A stretch of 64,000 bases of DNA from Octopus sinensis (Eukaryota), in NCBI RefSeq assembly GCF_006345805.1, contig NC_042998.1, positions 176,018,001-176,082,000 on the forward strand, written 5' to 3'. The notes beneath the pieces were generated by a model that saw only the letters and a program-made list of their open reading frames with translations, was not told where the DNA came from and made no database searches. Position numbers and translations under genes: made by a program. Every line of letters starts with the position of its first letter. Position 1 is the stretch's first letter. Shown one piece after another: positions 38,972 through 53,096 of the stretch.

Positions 38972-39863
38972 AGTGCGCATACACACTCATTCTAATCATA
39001 GTTTTAAGAAAGGGAATACCAAAAATTTAATTATAAGGTAAAACAAAAATAAAACAAAATTGGGAAAGGGATTCATTAAAATATGATGCAATAACTAAAC
39101 AATTAATTCTAATTCACGCCACTATGTGGATGACTTAGTGCATTATATGTTAATCTATACGAGGAAATATACGTTAAAGTATGCCAACTAAGAAAATATA
39201 TAATTTATGTATTACCAAGGTACACTAATTAAGTTGTATATAGTTATTTGCGGAAACTTAGAAAGCACTGTTATACAAATGTGAGCAGCATACATTAATT
39301 AATTCGTTGCGTTGATTTATTAGGTAAGAGCTGCATTTAATGATCTGTATCGTCTCCTCGAGGAAGAAATTACACTAACATTCCCTTCATCATATGATAG
39401 GGCACTTCCTACTACAGACCATTCAATAGAATATTTAATATCTTTCTGCTTGAGATTCCATATAAAGTCGCTTAATGATCTGGTATTTCTCATGTATTTA
39501 AATCAAAATTTATGACACTATAATCTAGATTTAAATGCTGTTACGCAAGCTCCTCTACGCTAAAATATTTTTTTCATGTGTTGCTGTAGAGATTTTATGA
39601 ATTATATTTTTTCATTGGTGTTGGTTTTCGGTGGGTAGATTTGACGCTTCCTGCAAATAATAATTCGTTTAGTCTATTAAATAAGTTTCCATTCGCAAGT
39701 TTCATAGTCCTCTTATTACCTATATGAAAAGCTGTGATAACAGCCATACGCATATATATGCATGTATGTATACGTATATGTATTTGTATGCATGCGTATG
39801 TGCCCACTGTCTAATATGTATGTACTTATGTATATATATATATATATATATAAATATATGTAC

Positions 39864-39896
<33 letters not shown>

Positions 39897-41825
39897 CATA
39901 TATATATATACATATATATATATTATATATATGTGTATATATGTGTATATATGAACACACATGCACACACGCACACACGCACACACGCACACACACACAC
40001 TTATACTCATATATATTTAATTACGTAACTTTTACTAAATGAAAGCTATTGTTAACGTTATTCTAGAAAATTCTTTAAAATTTAAACTTTAAATACTATT
40101 TTTTATCAAAATGTGCATTTTAAATTTCTTCTTTTGAAAAACTTTAACTTCGGGTCATCATTCTCAATGTTTCCTTACTTTCTGTGTCTCTTTCCATCTG
40201 ATCTTTGTTTATATATTTCCGATAGTTAAATTCTTTTGCTGAAACTCCCACTGTTTGTAGCTCATATGATGAACGGGAATAAAAAATATATAATTTCCCA
40301 TCTTTCATCTCTAGTTGTGTGTTTATATAGTCTATAAATACTGTAATTTACAAATATATATCGACAGAAAAGAAATACTTTATACAATCGCATGTGTCAG
40401 AAACAACAGTAAGTTTTTCAACATGAAATTTTCCAGTACATTTCCTAACATTTTTACGATGCCTTTAAAAAATAAGCATCAGAGATTCCGAGTCTGCAAT
40501 TTTTGATATAAAAACATTTTTTTAGGTAGTAACTAGCGATCGAAATGTATATAATACAAAACAAAATATATTAATACATACACGCTTAAAATGCAAACGA
40601 AATATATTTATATACAAAGCAAAATATATTCACACAGAACTATTATACATAAAAAATTTATACACTTTAATTACGACTTTTTTTAAAAACTTCAACCAAT
40701 AAAGTGGACTCTCACAACACTTTCTCTGTGATTTACTCGCGTGTATCTAACACATTTGCCCACGGAAAAAACAAATACTATTTATTGTGATGATGCCAGC
40801 TAGAAAAGGATTTGAGTGGGTAAGATGAAATCGATTTCAAATTACCTCCGGAATAGTTTAGCTGAATGGGGCCGGGTGGGAAGGGGTGATCTGAAATCAT
40901 TACACTGGCATAAAAAGAAAAGAATTCAGATATGAATTTGTTGGTATGATTGTTTGGTACGCTGTACATCTTAGAATATACTGACGTGATACCTTCTATT
41001 TCTAACATAATAAACGACCACGCCGAGGATGGAGAACCTTTGAGTTTGTTTGAAAGAGAGAGATTTAGGCTGTGATAAAATCATGAAAGAAATATTTACT
41101 GAACGAATGAGTTATAGTAGACGAATAAAGGTCACATAGAAACATTACACAAAGTGGGAATCAAATCTGTAAAGTAAATATCATTTAGCGACTAGCAGAA
41201 AACCGCCAGGAGGGCGACATTTTGCTATTATATGCACACATATATACACACATGCACACACACATGCACACACACACACAGATATATATATATAATCCTA
41301 TGAATCAGAAAAGTAGCTGAGATGTGTCTATTACTGTATTTTGTGTATATTTCGAAATCGTAATGATTTCCAAACAGAGCAGCTGATGAAGGAGTGTCTG
41401 TTTATTTAGCAAAGCTTTGTAGTTCCGTTCCTTATTTATATATTTATTTTTTTTTGTTTGTTGTTGGTATAATTTTTTGTATGGTTCTTCCAGTGCTTCG
41501 TATGAACCGAGATCTGGTTTTAGTTGTTTCTATTGTTCCTTATTAAGTTTATGGTCAAGGTATTATAAGCGTCGTCGATCTATGGATGTAGATCAAGGTT
41601 TTGGTTTATTATTAGAGTTAGTTCGTGGAGAATTTAGTGGTTAAAGGATTAATTAGGTATGGTGCTTCTTAATTAGGTCACGGTTGATTTGTGTCATACA
41701 TTTATAAACACATGCACACATTCTCTCACAAATACATGTGTGTGTGTGTGTGTGTGTGGTGTGTATGTCTACGGGATGATCATTTTAAGTACAAATCACA
41801 TGCTTAGCTAGAGATATCTTTAGTT

Positions 41826-42195
41826 CTTATACTTGTTTCAGTCATTTGACTGCGGCCATGCTGGAGCACCGCCTTTAGTCGAACAAATCGACCCCAGGAC
41901 TTATTCTTTGTAAGCCTAGTACTTATTCTATCGCTGTCTTTTGCCGAACCCCTAAGTTATGGGGACGTAAACACATCAACATCGGTTGTCATCAGTTGGG
42001 GGACAAACACAGACACACATACAAATACACACACACACACGCACACATATATATATGACGGGCTTCTTTCAGTTTCCGTCTACCAAATTCACTCACAAGG
42101 CTTTGGTCGGCCCGAGGCTATATAGAAGACACTTGCTCAAGGTTTCACACAGTGGGACTGACCCCGGAACCATATGGTTGGGAAGCAAGCTTCTT
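41826..42195 (-). mobile_element. Near full-length SINE family 2
   Basis: Matches 9065-9420 and extends through the tail cagtcatttgactgcggccatgctggagcaccgcc; the same tail occurs inverted at 43798-43870. Confidence 0.85.
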
Positions 42196-42469
42196 TATTT
42201 CATGAAATTGGCCATGAAGGCTTTACATAGAGGGGGCATCACAAGGTGGGGACAAAGAAAAAAAAAACACAAAACGAATGGAAAAGATGAACGAATGTAA
42301 TGAAAGAATGGAATGAAGCCATTCGGCCCCACCTCCAAGCGACTTCATTGAACTTGTTAATACAACTTTTTTTTTAGACAATGGTTTTAAAACACTATTT
42401 GCAACACTAGTTTTCATTTTTACGCAAAATATTTGTTATATTTCGTCTTCCTCGTAATCCTTTAATCTT

Positions 42470-43560
42470 GAAAGGCCCCCCGGGTCTGCCATCACACTGT
42501 TGCATGTACCTGGGCAACCCGTTCAATCATGCTATGTCCACTTTTATCACTATTCCACGAGTTTGTCTCATCAAGTTTTTCATTTTCACCATCGTACAGT
42601 ATAACATACTTTTCATTACCGGATGAGGGTGGGGAATTTTGGGGTTCCTGTGTGTTTGAGCATGTCTTTATGTCAGGTAGGGCATGGAGAGGGTTGGTGT
42701 CTGTAGGAGTGGTTGGGGCAGAGTGGGTGTGGGTGGGAGTCGGGTGGGTATGGGAGTCATCATTTACAATGTGTAATCTTTTTCTTCTCTTTCTTTTTTC
42801 TTCCGAGCCGCTTTCTATCCGTTCCTTTCCTCCTTCACTTCCTCCTCCTCAACGCCTGTACTGGTTTTGGTCGGTGGTGAAGTCTCAATTTCCCTCTAAT
42901 TCTCTTGTTTCCCTTTATCCTTCACAAGTGGTGGAGGACGATCCGCTCTAATGTGGCCTTTCAGGTCACATTTATAGCACTGCAGTATCCTTCCATTCTA
43001 ACTCTGAGTGTTGCCTCTCCGACCGTGATGGTTTCGACCATCTTTTCAATATCTTTCTCTGCAACTTGTACCATCATGTCAAGGATTTGTCACTGCCAGT
43101 TCCTGTGGAGTGGTCTGAAGAAAAGCTTCTCCTCCATGCCTAGCAGTATGGTAGCCACCAGCCAGGTTACATACAATTCTGGGGGCATTTCCTCTACCCT
43201 AATCCTGGAAGCACGTCTCCCAAGGTATACGGGTAGAAGAACCACTTCATCAGGTCTCAGCGGTGTTGCTGAGTGCAACCTGGCGGTAGCTACCTCCCGG
43301 TACTACACCTCCACCGTTCCAAACTTTTTCCCTTGCCAGATTGGTCTTAGTGCCTTCTTGTCTTGCACCGCCGACATAACTCCAATTCTCTTTCCTGCTA
43401 CAGAGTACGTCCTGTAAATAATTGTCCTTTCTTGTTTCTCCTTTAAAACTTCTTTGGGAGGGAACACCTTCACTTCGTTCCCCTCCCTTTTAAGCATTTA
43501 AAAAAATTTACTTAATTCTTCCAGACTTACTTCTTCACTCTTTTCTTCTGCTGTTGCAGC
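42470..43560 (-). pseudogene. Tx1/L1-clade LINE ORF1 remnant with degenerate CCHC zinc knuckle
   Basis: Frameshifted minus-strand reading VLLPVYLGRRASRIRVEEMPP...RVRMEG, then LQCYKCDLKGHIRADRPP at ~42935-42985. Confidence 0.65.
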
Positions 43561-43586
43561 ATAATTTCTACATCATTTACATTGTT

Positions 43587-43632
43587 AACACAACGCTTCG
43601 GCTGATACACCCTCCAGACTTCATCAGGTGTC
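43587..43632 (-). ncRNA. Degenerate type I hammerhead motif
   Basis: gacac-CUGAUGA-a-gtctg(10 nt)cagcc-GAAG-cg-UU-gtgtt: stem I intact, A15.1 changed to G, one stem II mismatch. Confidence 0.55.
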
Positions 43633-43677
43633 TTGGAGAAATTTCGAACCTGTGTTCTCAGTCCTAAGATATTTTCG

Positions 43678-43709
<32 letters not shown>

Positions 43710-43711
43710 GC

Positions 43712-43798
<87 letters not shown>

Positions 43799-43941
43799 GT
43801 CCTGGGGTCGATTTGTTCGACTAAAGGCAGTGCACCAGCATGGCAGCAGTCAAATGAATGAAACAAGTAAAAGAAGAAATAATAATATATATATATATAT
43901 ATATATATAAATATATATATATTATATATATATATATATAT

Positions 43942-43975
<34 letters not shown>

Positions 43976-45029
43976 ATATATTTATATATATATACATATA
44001 TGTGCTTACAGTCATATAGATATATAAACATACATGCATTATCAATATTAATATGTGTATGTCTATGCACACACAAACACACATACACACACACATATTC
44101 ATATACTACATATGTACACACATGTGCACCCATATCTGTGCATATGTGTCTGTGTGAGTATGAATATATCTTCGCGTATGACTAAGCTTTTCTTTCTCCT
44201 ATCATTACTTATTCAAGTGAAGCATATTTGTTTCCTCAAATGCTTCAGCATAAAAACATCAGAAACAACAAACACTACAAACACATCACCACCACTCCAC
44301 CCGCCACCACCACCGCCGCCGCCACCACCACCACCAATAACAACAACAAAAACAAAAACCAACTGAAATCAACGGAACTAGATATATAAATATATAGAAT
44401 TTTTTTTTTAAATACAAGAAAGAAAGAACACGAATGAAAATATTTCCAAGTAATCACTCTACAAGATAGAAAATAAAAAGTATTTTTGTGTTTTGGTTCT
44501 TATTTTTTCTACTTTTTTTTACCTGAGAATTATTCATTAGGGAAACGAACCTGATATTCACAGAGAGAATATTTCTCTGCTTAGTATTAATCGAGGACAA
44601 TTACAGAACAATTGACTGAGATGCATTCGTTAAGATAATACTTTCATCAGCCATTTTTATGTATGTACATAGGTATGTACGTGTGTATGTATATACATAT
44701 GGCTATGTGTATATAGGCATATATGTATATCTGTATATTCAGAGCCATGAAGGCATTCACTTCCCCTCATACGCGCGATTAAATGCACACTTGCGCGGGT
44801 GTGTATATTTGAATACATATACATAAAAAATGTCTTGCGTTATTTGAGTGCATACATACGTACATGTAACGAAATAAGATTTATATAATTGTATATAGAT
44901 GTGTATAAATATATATATACATATATACATAGATATAGTTGTGTTATTGGTGTCAATGTTTATGTATGTATGTACTATGTATACATACATTCATACACAC
45001 ATACAAATATATGTGTAATAAGGTATGTT

Positions 45030-45077
<48 letters not shown>

Positions 45078-45422
45078 ATATATATATTCACATACGTATA
45101 TATGTATATATGTAGCAGCTCCCGCTGGAACCCATCCAAATATTTAAGGCAAAAAAATTCTCACTTATTTGGTCATGAATTCTTGAAAGGGATTCGCAAT
45201 CAGGATTTGAAATGCAAAATGGAATTCATTTGATCCCACATCCACCTCAGTCTACCCGCCTGAAGAAAATAATTAGAAAGAAAATATCGGTTTGCCTTGG
45301 TTAATTACTTATTTAGTAGATTCGTTAGTGAGAAATTAATTTTTTCTAAGTGGAATGCATATTGATAACAGTTTGCAACTTTCTGAATCCTGTCATTTCA
45401 CGTGTGCTGGTGTGGAGGTTTA

Positions 45423-45486
<64 letters not shown>

Positions 45487-45748
45487 ACGCTGCTATTGTT
45501 GCTATCTTGAAAATGGATAAGCGTAGTGAAGTTTTTCACAGTTTATTTTATATCTTGAGTGAATGTACAATGTAATATAAATATTTCAGATCATAGAGAA
45601 TGGAGATAAATAGAGAGGAAATGAAGGGAGGGAGAAAAAGAAAGAAAGGGAGAGAGGGAGAGATGAGGGGAGGGGGAGGGGGAATAATTGATGTAAAATG
45701 ACTAACTGTTGTACCTCACTGGTACATACACCCGCTTGGGTAAATGGT

Positions 45749-46410
45749 TTATTCCCAAACTAATCGCACGCAGAGAGCGAATGTTTGCTCTTCTATGCTG
45801 TAACGTCTCATTTTTTGGACCGAAGACTGACTGGTGACGAGAAATGGATTCTCTATGAAAATGTCAAGCGCCGAAGACAGTGGGTAAGGAATGGAGAAAC
45901 ACCTACACCTCAGGCTAAAGAAGGTCTTCACCCACATAAGGTGTTGTTATCTCTTTGGTGGGATACGAAAGGTTTAGTCTACTTTGAACTTTGAAACCCA
46001 CGTTTTTGGTTTCAAGACGAAAGTTGTTCTTCCATTAGGATAATGCTCGACCACATACAGCGAGGATGACATTCTAAAAGCAGCAGCAGTTTGAATGAGA
46101 AGCGATACCTCACCCACCACATTTGCTGCACATTGCCCCACCTCATTATCATTTATTCTGCAGTCTTCAAGATCATTTGGACAGAAAAAATATGAATTCC
46201 GTAGAAGTGGTCAGAATAGTACTGAAGGAGTATTTTTCGTCACGGACAAGTGAACTTTGGAAGAGAGGTCTTGCAAGTCTACTAGTTAGATGAGAAACCA
46301 TTGTAGGAAGTGAAGGAGAGTATATTTCAGATTAAAGTAGAACTTTGTATATTTTAGTTTTGAAAAATGAAAGAAGTATAAAAAAACATTATTTATGGGA
46401 TGACCCAATA
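45749..46410 (+). mobile_element. Decayed mariner transposon (3' part of transposase and right TIR)
   Basis: LTGDEKWILYEN, LHPHKVLLSLWWDTKG, DNARPHTA and a degenerate YSPDLAP region; ends ttatgggatgacccaata followed by TA. Confidence 0.9.
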
Positions 46411-46414
46411 TATA

Positions 46415-46492
<78 letters not shown>

Positions 46493-46493
46493 T

Positions 46494-47612
46494 CACACAG
46501 AGTGCGTAAAGTATTTGAGGACATACCTTTTTTTGTGTCATTGCTGCATTTTTTTGCTAACTCTGTATAATCTTTGTTTCAGAAAATAATAATAGAGGCT
46601 TACTCAAGAAATGAAGAGCTATGTTGTTATTGTGGTTATAAATAGTAAGCATAGCGATTTAGAAATATCTCGATTTTTAAAAGTTTTCAGATCTTTCGTC
46701 TACAAAGTTTGTAAGGAGCTAGAGACTGAATATGGAAACGTATTACCAGTATCAAAGCATTCTAAACGCTCTGAAATCATCAGAACACCTGAATTTATCC
46801 AACAAGTTCAACTGACCATTGATTACAATCCCAGAAAGTCCATGAGTTCAATTGCAAAAGATTTCTATGTGTCAGAAGGAACAGTAAAAAATTTTATCCA
46901 CGAAGATATCAGATAAAAGTCTTATATGATGAAGAAAGGTTAATTTGTCAGAAAAAGCAAAAGAAAATCACTACATCAGATCTAAAATGCTTTTAAACTA
47001 GCTAAAAAAATTCAGCAGAAGATTTGATTTGTTTTTTCTCAAACGAGAAAAACTTCGATCAAGATCAAAAAGCTAAAAGAAATGACAGATGGTTATGTGC
47101 AGACCCTTCTGAAATTCCAAACATACAAAATTTCCTGCAACTGTCATAGTTTTAGGGTTTGTCAGCAATGAAGGACACATGCTGCCGCCTTACTTCTTTC
47201 CACAAGGCCTTAGAGTTAACTCTGCTGCCTACAATGTGGTCCTGGAAATAATTGTTAAGCTCTGGATAGACAGTGTATGCAACAGAAGGCCATATATGTT
47301 TCAGGAAGATTCTGCACTATTACACATGGTTCTAGTAACACAGGAATAGATGGTTGAAAATTTTCATGATCACACAGCACCTAACATTTAATCTAATTCC
47401 CCAGATCTCAATCCACTGGACTATTATATGTGGAGCGTTGTTGAGAGAGATGCCAATGAACACGCCCATAACACCAAAGATTCTTTGAAAGTTGCCATAG
47501 TCAGAATAATGTCAAAAATGAACCAAGTCCACTTGATTCGAGCATGTAGATGATTTAGATCTCATATAGAAGCAGTTGTTGAAGCTGAAATTGGCTTTAT
47601 TGAATAACTTTA
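46494..47612 (+). mobile_element. Decayed Tc1/mariner element, probably DD37D (maT-like)
   Basis: HTH region (ORF 46611-46916), then FFSNEKNF, FQEDSA and NSPDLNPLDYYMW. Spacing is consistent with DD37D allowing for a small deletion. Confidence 0.8.
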
Positions 47613-47624
47613 TAGAAAGACGCC

Positions 47625-47835
47625 GTTCCATCGCAGGTGAACTGCTAAATGCAGGAGGACAGAGTGAGAGAACGTTATGGTGAAAGAGTCAGTAGAGGTT
47701 CACCATTACCTTCTGCCAGAGCTGCTGCTGCATGGAGCTTAGGTGTTTCGCTCATAAACACACACATCGCCCGGTCTGAGATTTGAACCCGCGATCTCTC
47801 GACTGTGAGTATGCTGCTCTAACCACTAAGCCACA
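47625..47835 (-). mobile_element. tRNA-type SINE (third family)
   Basis: Minus-strand head tggcttagtggttagagcag...gcgggttcaaatctc with A-box and B-box. Confidence 0.7.
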
Positions 47836-47989
47836 CACACACACACACACACACACATGTATATATGCGTCTGTGTGTGGTATACTTTCAATCCAGTCTA
47901 TGCTGATGTTTTTTTTCTTCTTTTTGCGGCATTTTATAATCCAGTCTTGTAGAAATTGCTTTTTACAACCATACATCTCAAAAAGAGAT

Positions 47990-48950
47990 GTCCTTACTTT
48001 GGTGTCCTTACTTTGATAAACTGTTTATGCTCTCTTTGTAACTAACCAATCTGTTGCAGAGAACAGATCTAAGCGCTTTGTATATGGTGTTGGCAAACAA
48101 GTCCTTGGCCTATAGTCTGGGGAGTCTCTGGTGCTTTTGTTTTAAGGAATTAATGTAGTTTTCCATGTCCAGCACCCAACCAGACGTTGATTCTGGTTTA
48201 CTTACAAGCTCCTTAAATGTCACTGCTACATATCAATACTTGCTGGAGAGGTACTTTGGCAAGAAACTGGGGTCGTTTTGAATGCTAAAAGCTTTAAAAT
48301 TCCTTGTAGTTTTAAATATATTGGTGAATTCCATACCTGCTATTTTAGGTGATGCTTGCGCTACTATATTATATATTTGTAAAATCTTCCCTTTGGTTTA
48401 ATTTTGCTGTTTTACTTGCGTTCATTGTTTTTTGTCATCTTATTTACTCCCACTTGTGTGAATTTCCGTTGCTGTTGATGTGAAACTAGTGGTCTTTTAT
48501 TTTTTGTTAATGCTCCTCCAAAATCTTTTTAGAGTACTTAATTCAATACTTAACTCAAATAGCCTGTTTTCTTTGAAGAAGCACTCACGTTTTCGAAGTG
48601 TCTTATCTCAAATACTTTTGCTGATATGATTTGCTTAAGATTTTTTTTCGCTTCTAGAGTTTATTCATTTTTAGCTATTCGAATTTTTTCTCTTCTTTTT
48701 CATGGTGAATCACTTTTTTCTCTTCGTTCTTTAGGATTAAGTCTCTTTTTTAAAAACTGTTTTCTATATCACGTATTTTAAAAAATCTTTTTGTGGTAAG
48801 GGTAGAAGTGAAAATGAGGAGTGGGTGGATCTGTTTCCCTTGGTACTGCCACTTGTACTGCATAGATTAGATCATGTCGATGTTCGAATAGTTCCAGTGG
48901 ACAGAATTTCTTGCAGAGTAATGTTATTAATTTTTTAAATTTTTATTGTG
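47990..48950 (-). pseudogene. Decayed R4/Dong-like RT N-terminal region
   Basis: Minus strand TTLIP*NKSTRDSPDYRPRTCLPTPY (cf. TxLIPK...YRPITCLPTxYK). Confidence 0.55.
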
Positions 48951-49284
48951 AAATTGTTTGTTTGTTTGTAGAATAGTCGAATGTTTACCTCGGTCCATGA
49001 TCATAAATTTTGTTATGTTCACTTCTAATCCGCTTATTGCTTTTATTAGGATTTCCTCAATATTAACTTTGTTTGTAGTCAAAACTGTCTCGTTTGTCCC
49101 ACATATACGCCTTATTAACGCACGCGTATATCATTTTAACAATATATTTTGTGTGTAAAAATCACAAACAGAATAAATGTTAGCTGTACTTGATGGGGCG
49201 GACTCTTGTAAAACCACTATATTTTCCTAAAAATTTTAGGGACAATCGGGTTTTCACGTGCATCTTATTCAGCTAAAGGCTTCT

Positions 49285-49331
<47 letters not shown>

Positions 49332-49829
49332 TTCTTCTTCTTCTTCTTCTTCTTCTCCTCCTCCTCCTTTCTCATCCACCTCTTTCTCAAAGATACCATT
49401 TATTATGGTGTCAAGCTCTCACAGTTCTCTCCTAGTCGAACAATGCGGGCGACAGGAAATCTACACTGGATTAGTGAGGGACAAAAGTGACGATGTTCTG
49501 GGGCAGACTCTCAGTGTCGATGAAAAATCAATTGGCTGGTCATGGAAAATTTCCTGAAATCTCTTAGCTTCGGCAAAATCATTGAAAGGTGGGTGACTGA
49601 TGAACATGGTCCGAGTATCCAGGCTTGCTCAGAGTATGCTCTTTTAGAATTCGTAGGTTTTCATGGATAGCTCCCGGTAGACTTCCCGCTATCAGAAAAT
49701 TTTCGTCGTTAAAATTTTCTTTTTATCAAGTTGCTATTGTTTACATTTTGGTGTAAACAAAATGCTTCTCTATTTTTGAAATCTCAACTTTGTGATCTGC
49801 TAGTTTTTATGTGAGCCTTGATGGCTAAT

Positions 49830-49877
<48 letters not shown>

Positions 49878-49912
49878 ATATTATTATTATTATTATTATA
49901 ATTATTATTATA

Positions 49913-49962
<50 letters not shown>

Positions 49963-49963
<1 letters not shown>

Positions 49964-50520
49964 GAGTGAGAGAGCAGTACATGTCATCAAAGTGACACTG
50001 GGGTAAAATATACGAAGCCCAGTATACCCATCATGACTACCTGTCTGATAAGGGTATACCAGGCACATGCATCACGACCATATGTGCGCGACATGGTGAT
50101 CTCATATCAAGATAAACAGCACATGACCTTGCAGGTGGGACCCAGTTAGAATTTTCTTCTGGTCGAGTAGCCCATCCTGCTCAAAAGGTCCCTGAATAAG
50201 GGTTGTTTAAGAATGTTGAATGAAACACCAATGTTTCCAGAGGTGAATTATTCAAACCCCAAAGAATCCCTCTCAACACATGGCTATGATGCTCCCCCAC
50301 TACTTCTGCTCGTGATCAGAGATGCACATATCATCAGCCACTAAGGGACATGGTCAACTGGTTAAGGTCAAACAACTGACAAGCAAATCTGTGGTATTGA
50401 GCAGAATATTTGCTGTAGCCCATCTTTTACACCAAGACAAAACAATGTACATGATAACACTTCCAATCAGTTAAGATCAGAAGCCATGAGAGCCATTGCC
50501 TGGTACTGCATCAGGGCATT
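49963..50520. mobile_element. Unclassified ~560-bp interspersed repeat bounded by (TAT)n
   Basis: Non-coding block sharply delimited by (TAT)n on both sides. It resembles a repeat I recall from Octopus; there is no second copy in the window. Confidence 0.4.
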
Positions 50521-50542
50521 TATTATTATTATTATTATTATT

Positions 50543-50581
<39 letters not shown>

Positions 50582-50739
50582 ATCATTGTTATTATTATTA
50601 TTTTCCTTCTTTCTTCAAATTTTCTTCCATTTCTCGCCGAGTGTTTTCCGTATACCTAGGGCAGGGAAGCTCATTGTATGCATTCCCAGATTACACACGC
50701 AAATTCACAGGTAAAATATTTATTTAAAAAAATTAATAA

Positions 50740-51340
50740 ATAAAGAAATTCATGAATGGATGTTTCCACGGCGATAATGCTCTTCTCAGTACAGGAGTCG
50801 TTCCAGTTAACACGATTTTGTGCACTTCCTGTAGGGATGGTAAGCCTGGAATCATTTTCAAATAGGTTTCAGTACTTTTATTTTTATCATTCCTAGAGAT
50901 CCTACAATCACTGGTACTGTGGTCGCATTGAGATGCCACATTTTTTTCAATTTCTATTAGCAGGTCTTTATATTTACTAATCTTGTCAATTTCTTTCGCC
51001 GCTATATCGTGATCGCAAGGAATACTCATGCCAATTAATAAACGCATCTTTTTTGTCTGATCTTTTATAATAATATCCAGTTTATTAGCTTTTATAGATT
51101 TGTCGGTATGTACGGGGAAGTCCCAGAGAATCGACACATTTTTCCCTCAGTCACAGCTTCAGCATGGTGTTTATACCATTTGACAGCGGTTTTGATTTTA
51201 TAATGCCCACATATTGTCCAGTGCAAATACTGGCCGACTCTGTGATGTCTTGCTTTATATTCTGCAGGTGCTAAGACTACACCCTGAGATTAGGTCGTCT
51301 ATAGTTTCAATCTCATGGTCTATAGTTTCAATCTCAATTT
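50740..51340 (-). pseudogene. R4/Dong-like 3' fragment (zinc-finger remnant plus RLE)
   Basis: ETIDDLISGCS, EYKARHHRVGQYLHWTIC, SILWDFPVHTDKSIKANKLDIIIKD and KYKDLLIEIEK; the 5' end abuts (TAA)n. Confidence 0.85.
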
Positions 51341-51348
51341 TATTATTA

Positions 51349-51410
<62 letters not shown>

Positions 51411-51430
51411 TATTATTATTATTATCAAAA

Positions 51431-51645
51431 AGGTGGTGAGCAATCAGAAACGTTTGCGATCCGGGTAAAATGCTATGCAGTATTTCGTCTGTCTTTACGT
51501 CCTGAGTTGAAATTCCGCCGAGGTCGACTTTGCCTGTCATCCTTTCGAGGTCGATAAAATAAGTACCAGTTGAACACTGGGGTCAATGTAATTGACTTAC
51601 CCCCCTTCTCCGAATTGACTGGTCCTGTGCCAGAATTTGGAATCA
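51431..51645 (+). mobile_element. SINE family 1
   Basis: gagttgaaattccgccgaggtcgactttgcctgtcatcctttcgaggtcgataaaataagtaccagttg. Confidence 0.85.
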
Positions 51646-52188
51646 TTATTATTGTTACTATATCCTTTGAATTAATGGTACAAAATCATACGTTGGTTTA
51701 CGATAGAATCGGTAAAGCGCTGGACCAAATTTCTTTTAGCATTTAAATCTTTTATTTCTACCTTCGAATCTCATCGACGTTGACTTTACCTTTCATAACT
51801 AATAATAATAACCAGTCAAGTAGTCAGGTTGTTTTAATCGCCCGTGTCTTCTAAAAATACACGGCGTCATAGCCATGTTAGAAATAAATCATTATACCAG
51901 TGCTCGATAAAATAATTATCAGTTAAGTATTGAGTTGTTTTGAATCGACTGTGCCTTCCTCAAAATGTTTGTACTTCTGCCAATGTTAGAAATCAATAAT
52001 TAAGAATAAAATACTTCCCTCCCAACGAACGCGTGCATCATCCTTTCCATTTGCTTTATCAAACTAGTTCGAGAAATTTCTGCAATATGCAATTTTTTTC
52101 TTTAAACATCAAGTCACGCCTCACAATTCAATTATCTCACATTCTAACTCCTTTTCGTTGTTCATTTATCGAATATCAAGTCCCTTAG

Positions 52189-52359
52189 GGATAGAAAAAT
52201 GCAAGAATGATTTCTATGCAAAACAAATTACGGTGCTTCATCGGAGAAACACCGAAGGTTCATACATTTAAAATTCATACGAACTTCGTTATCAATTTCA
52301 AGAAGGATTTTCCAATACTTTACTGGATATTTTGTCTGCCGCGAATGAAAAGGGAATGG
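52189..52359 (+). CDS. Candidate exon: either 171 nt with one in-frame TAA, or a 57-nt exon at 52303-52359
   Basis: Strong tgg|gtaagc donor; acceptors cccttag| (52188) or atttcaag| (52302). Frame reads ...ELRYQFQEGFSNTLLDILSAANEKGM. Confidence 0.3.
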
Positions 52360-52753
52360 GTAAGCTATGATTTTAAGAATTGATCAACGTCGGTTCAGGC
52401 ATTTGCAACACACCCATACATGCACCTACACACATAAAATACACATACACTCAAGTACAAATGCAGATATGTATAGAAAAGAAAAAAAAAGCTTAAAAGT
52501 ACAAATAGAGAAAAAAAAGAGGAGCATCTCAGCATTGAATATTTATGGGAAAATCCGAAGGAATAAATAATTCAGTCAAACAAATTATGATGCAGATGTT
52601 TGTCTGATAATATGGTGATGTATACTGGTCGATCCCAGGATACATCACCATATTCGTTGAAACACTAAAGGGATTTAACACTATAAGCTCACTCCATGTG
52701 TGTATGTGTGTCATACATACATACACACGTACCTACATACATATATATGTATT

Positions 52754-52794
<41 letters not shown>

Positions 52795-53011
52795 GTATAT
52801 ATACATGCTTGTGTCTGCGTAAGTATGCGTTTACGTGTAATACTTTATGTGAAAAGCTGTTTAGTCTTTTTGATAGAGATAGGTATCATTAAATAAGTTT
52901 GATGCATTTTATTTTTTCACAATAAACCTCGTTATCACTTTATGGTGTTTTAGCGGTTATGGAAAAGTCGACAGTAGCTGCTCAAGGTGTGATTCCGCAT
53001 TGCTCCACGTA

Positions 53012-53042
<31 letters not shown>

Positions 53043-53059
53043 GTCTATCTATCTATCTG

Positions 53060-53096
<37 letters not shown>

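Noticed and set aside
40846-40890. 45-nt minus-strand micro-exon (HPFPPGPIQLNYSG or SPLPTRPHSAKLFR)
   Set aside because: Splice signals are good, but there is no partner exon, no frame choice and no homology, so it cannot be supported.
41198-41220. CTCF-like motif ccgccaggagggcgac
   Set aside because: One base too long relative to the consensus; a chance match is likely.
41380-41410. CUGAUGA followed by aggag as a hammerhead
   Set aside because: No stem II or GAAA follows. Similar isolated ctgatga/ctgaaga hits near 1412, 3469, 23954, 30886, 34566 and 35715 also lack the fold.
47770-47835. tRNA gene
   Set aside because: A-box and B-box are present, but the sequence runs into a SINE body with no acceptor stem. 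The same applies to the other SINE heads.
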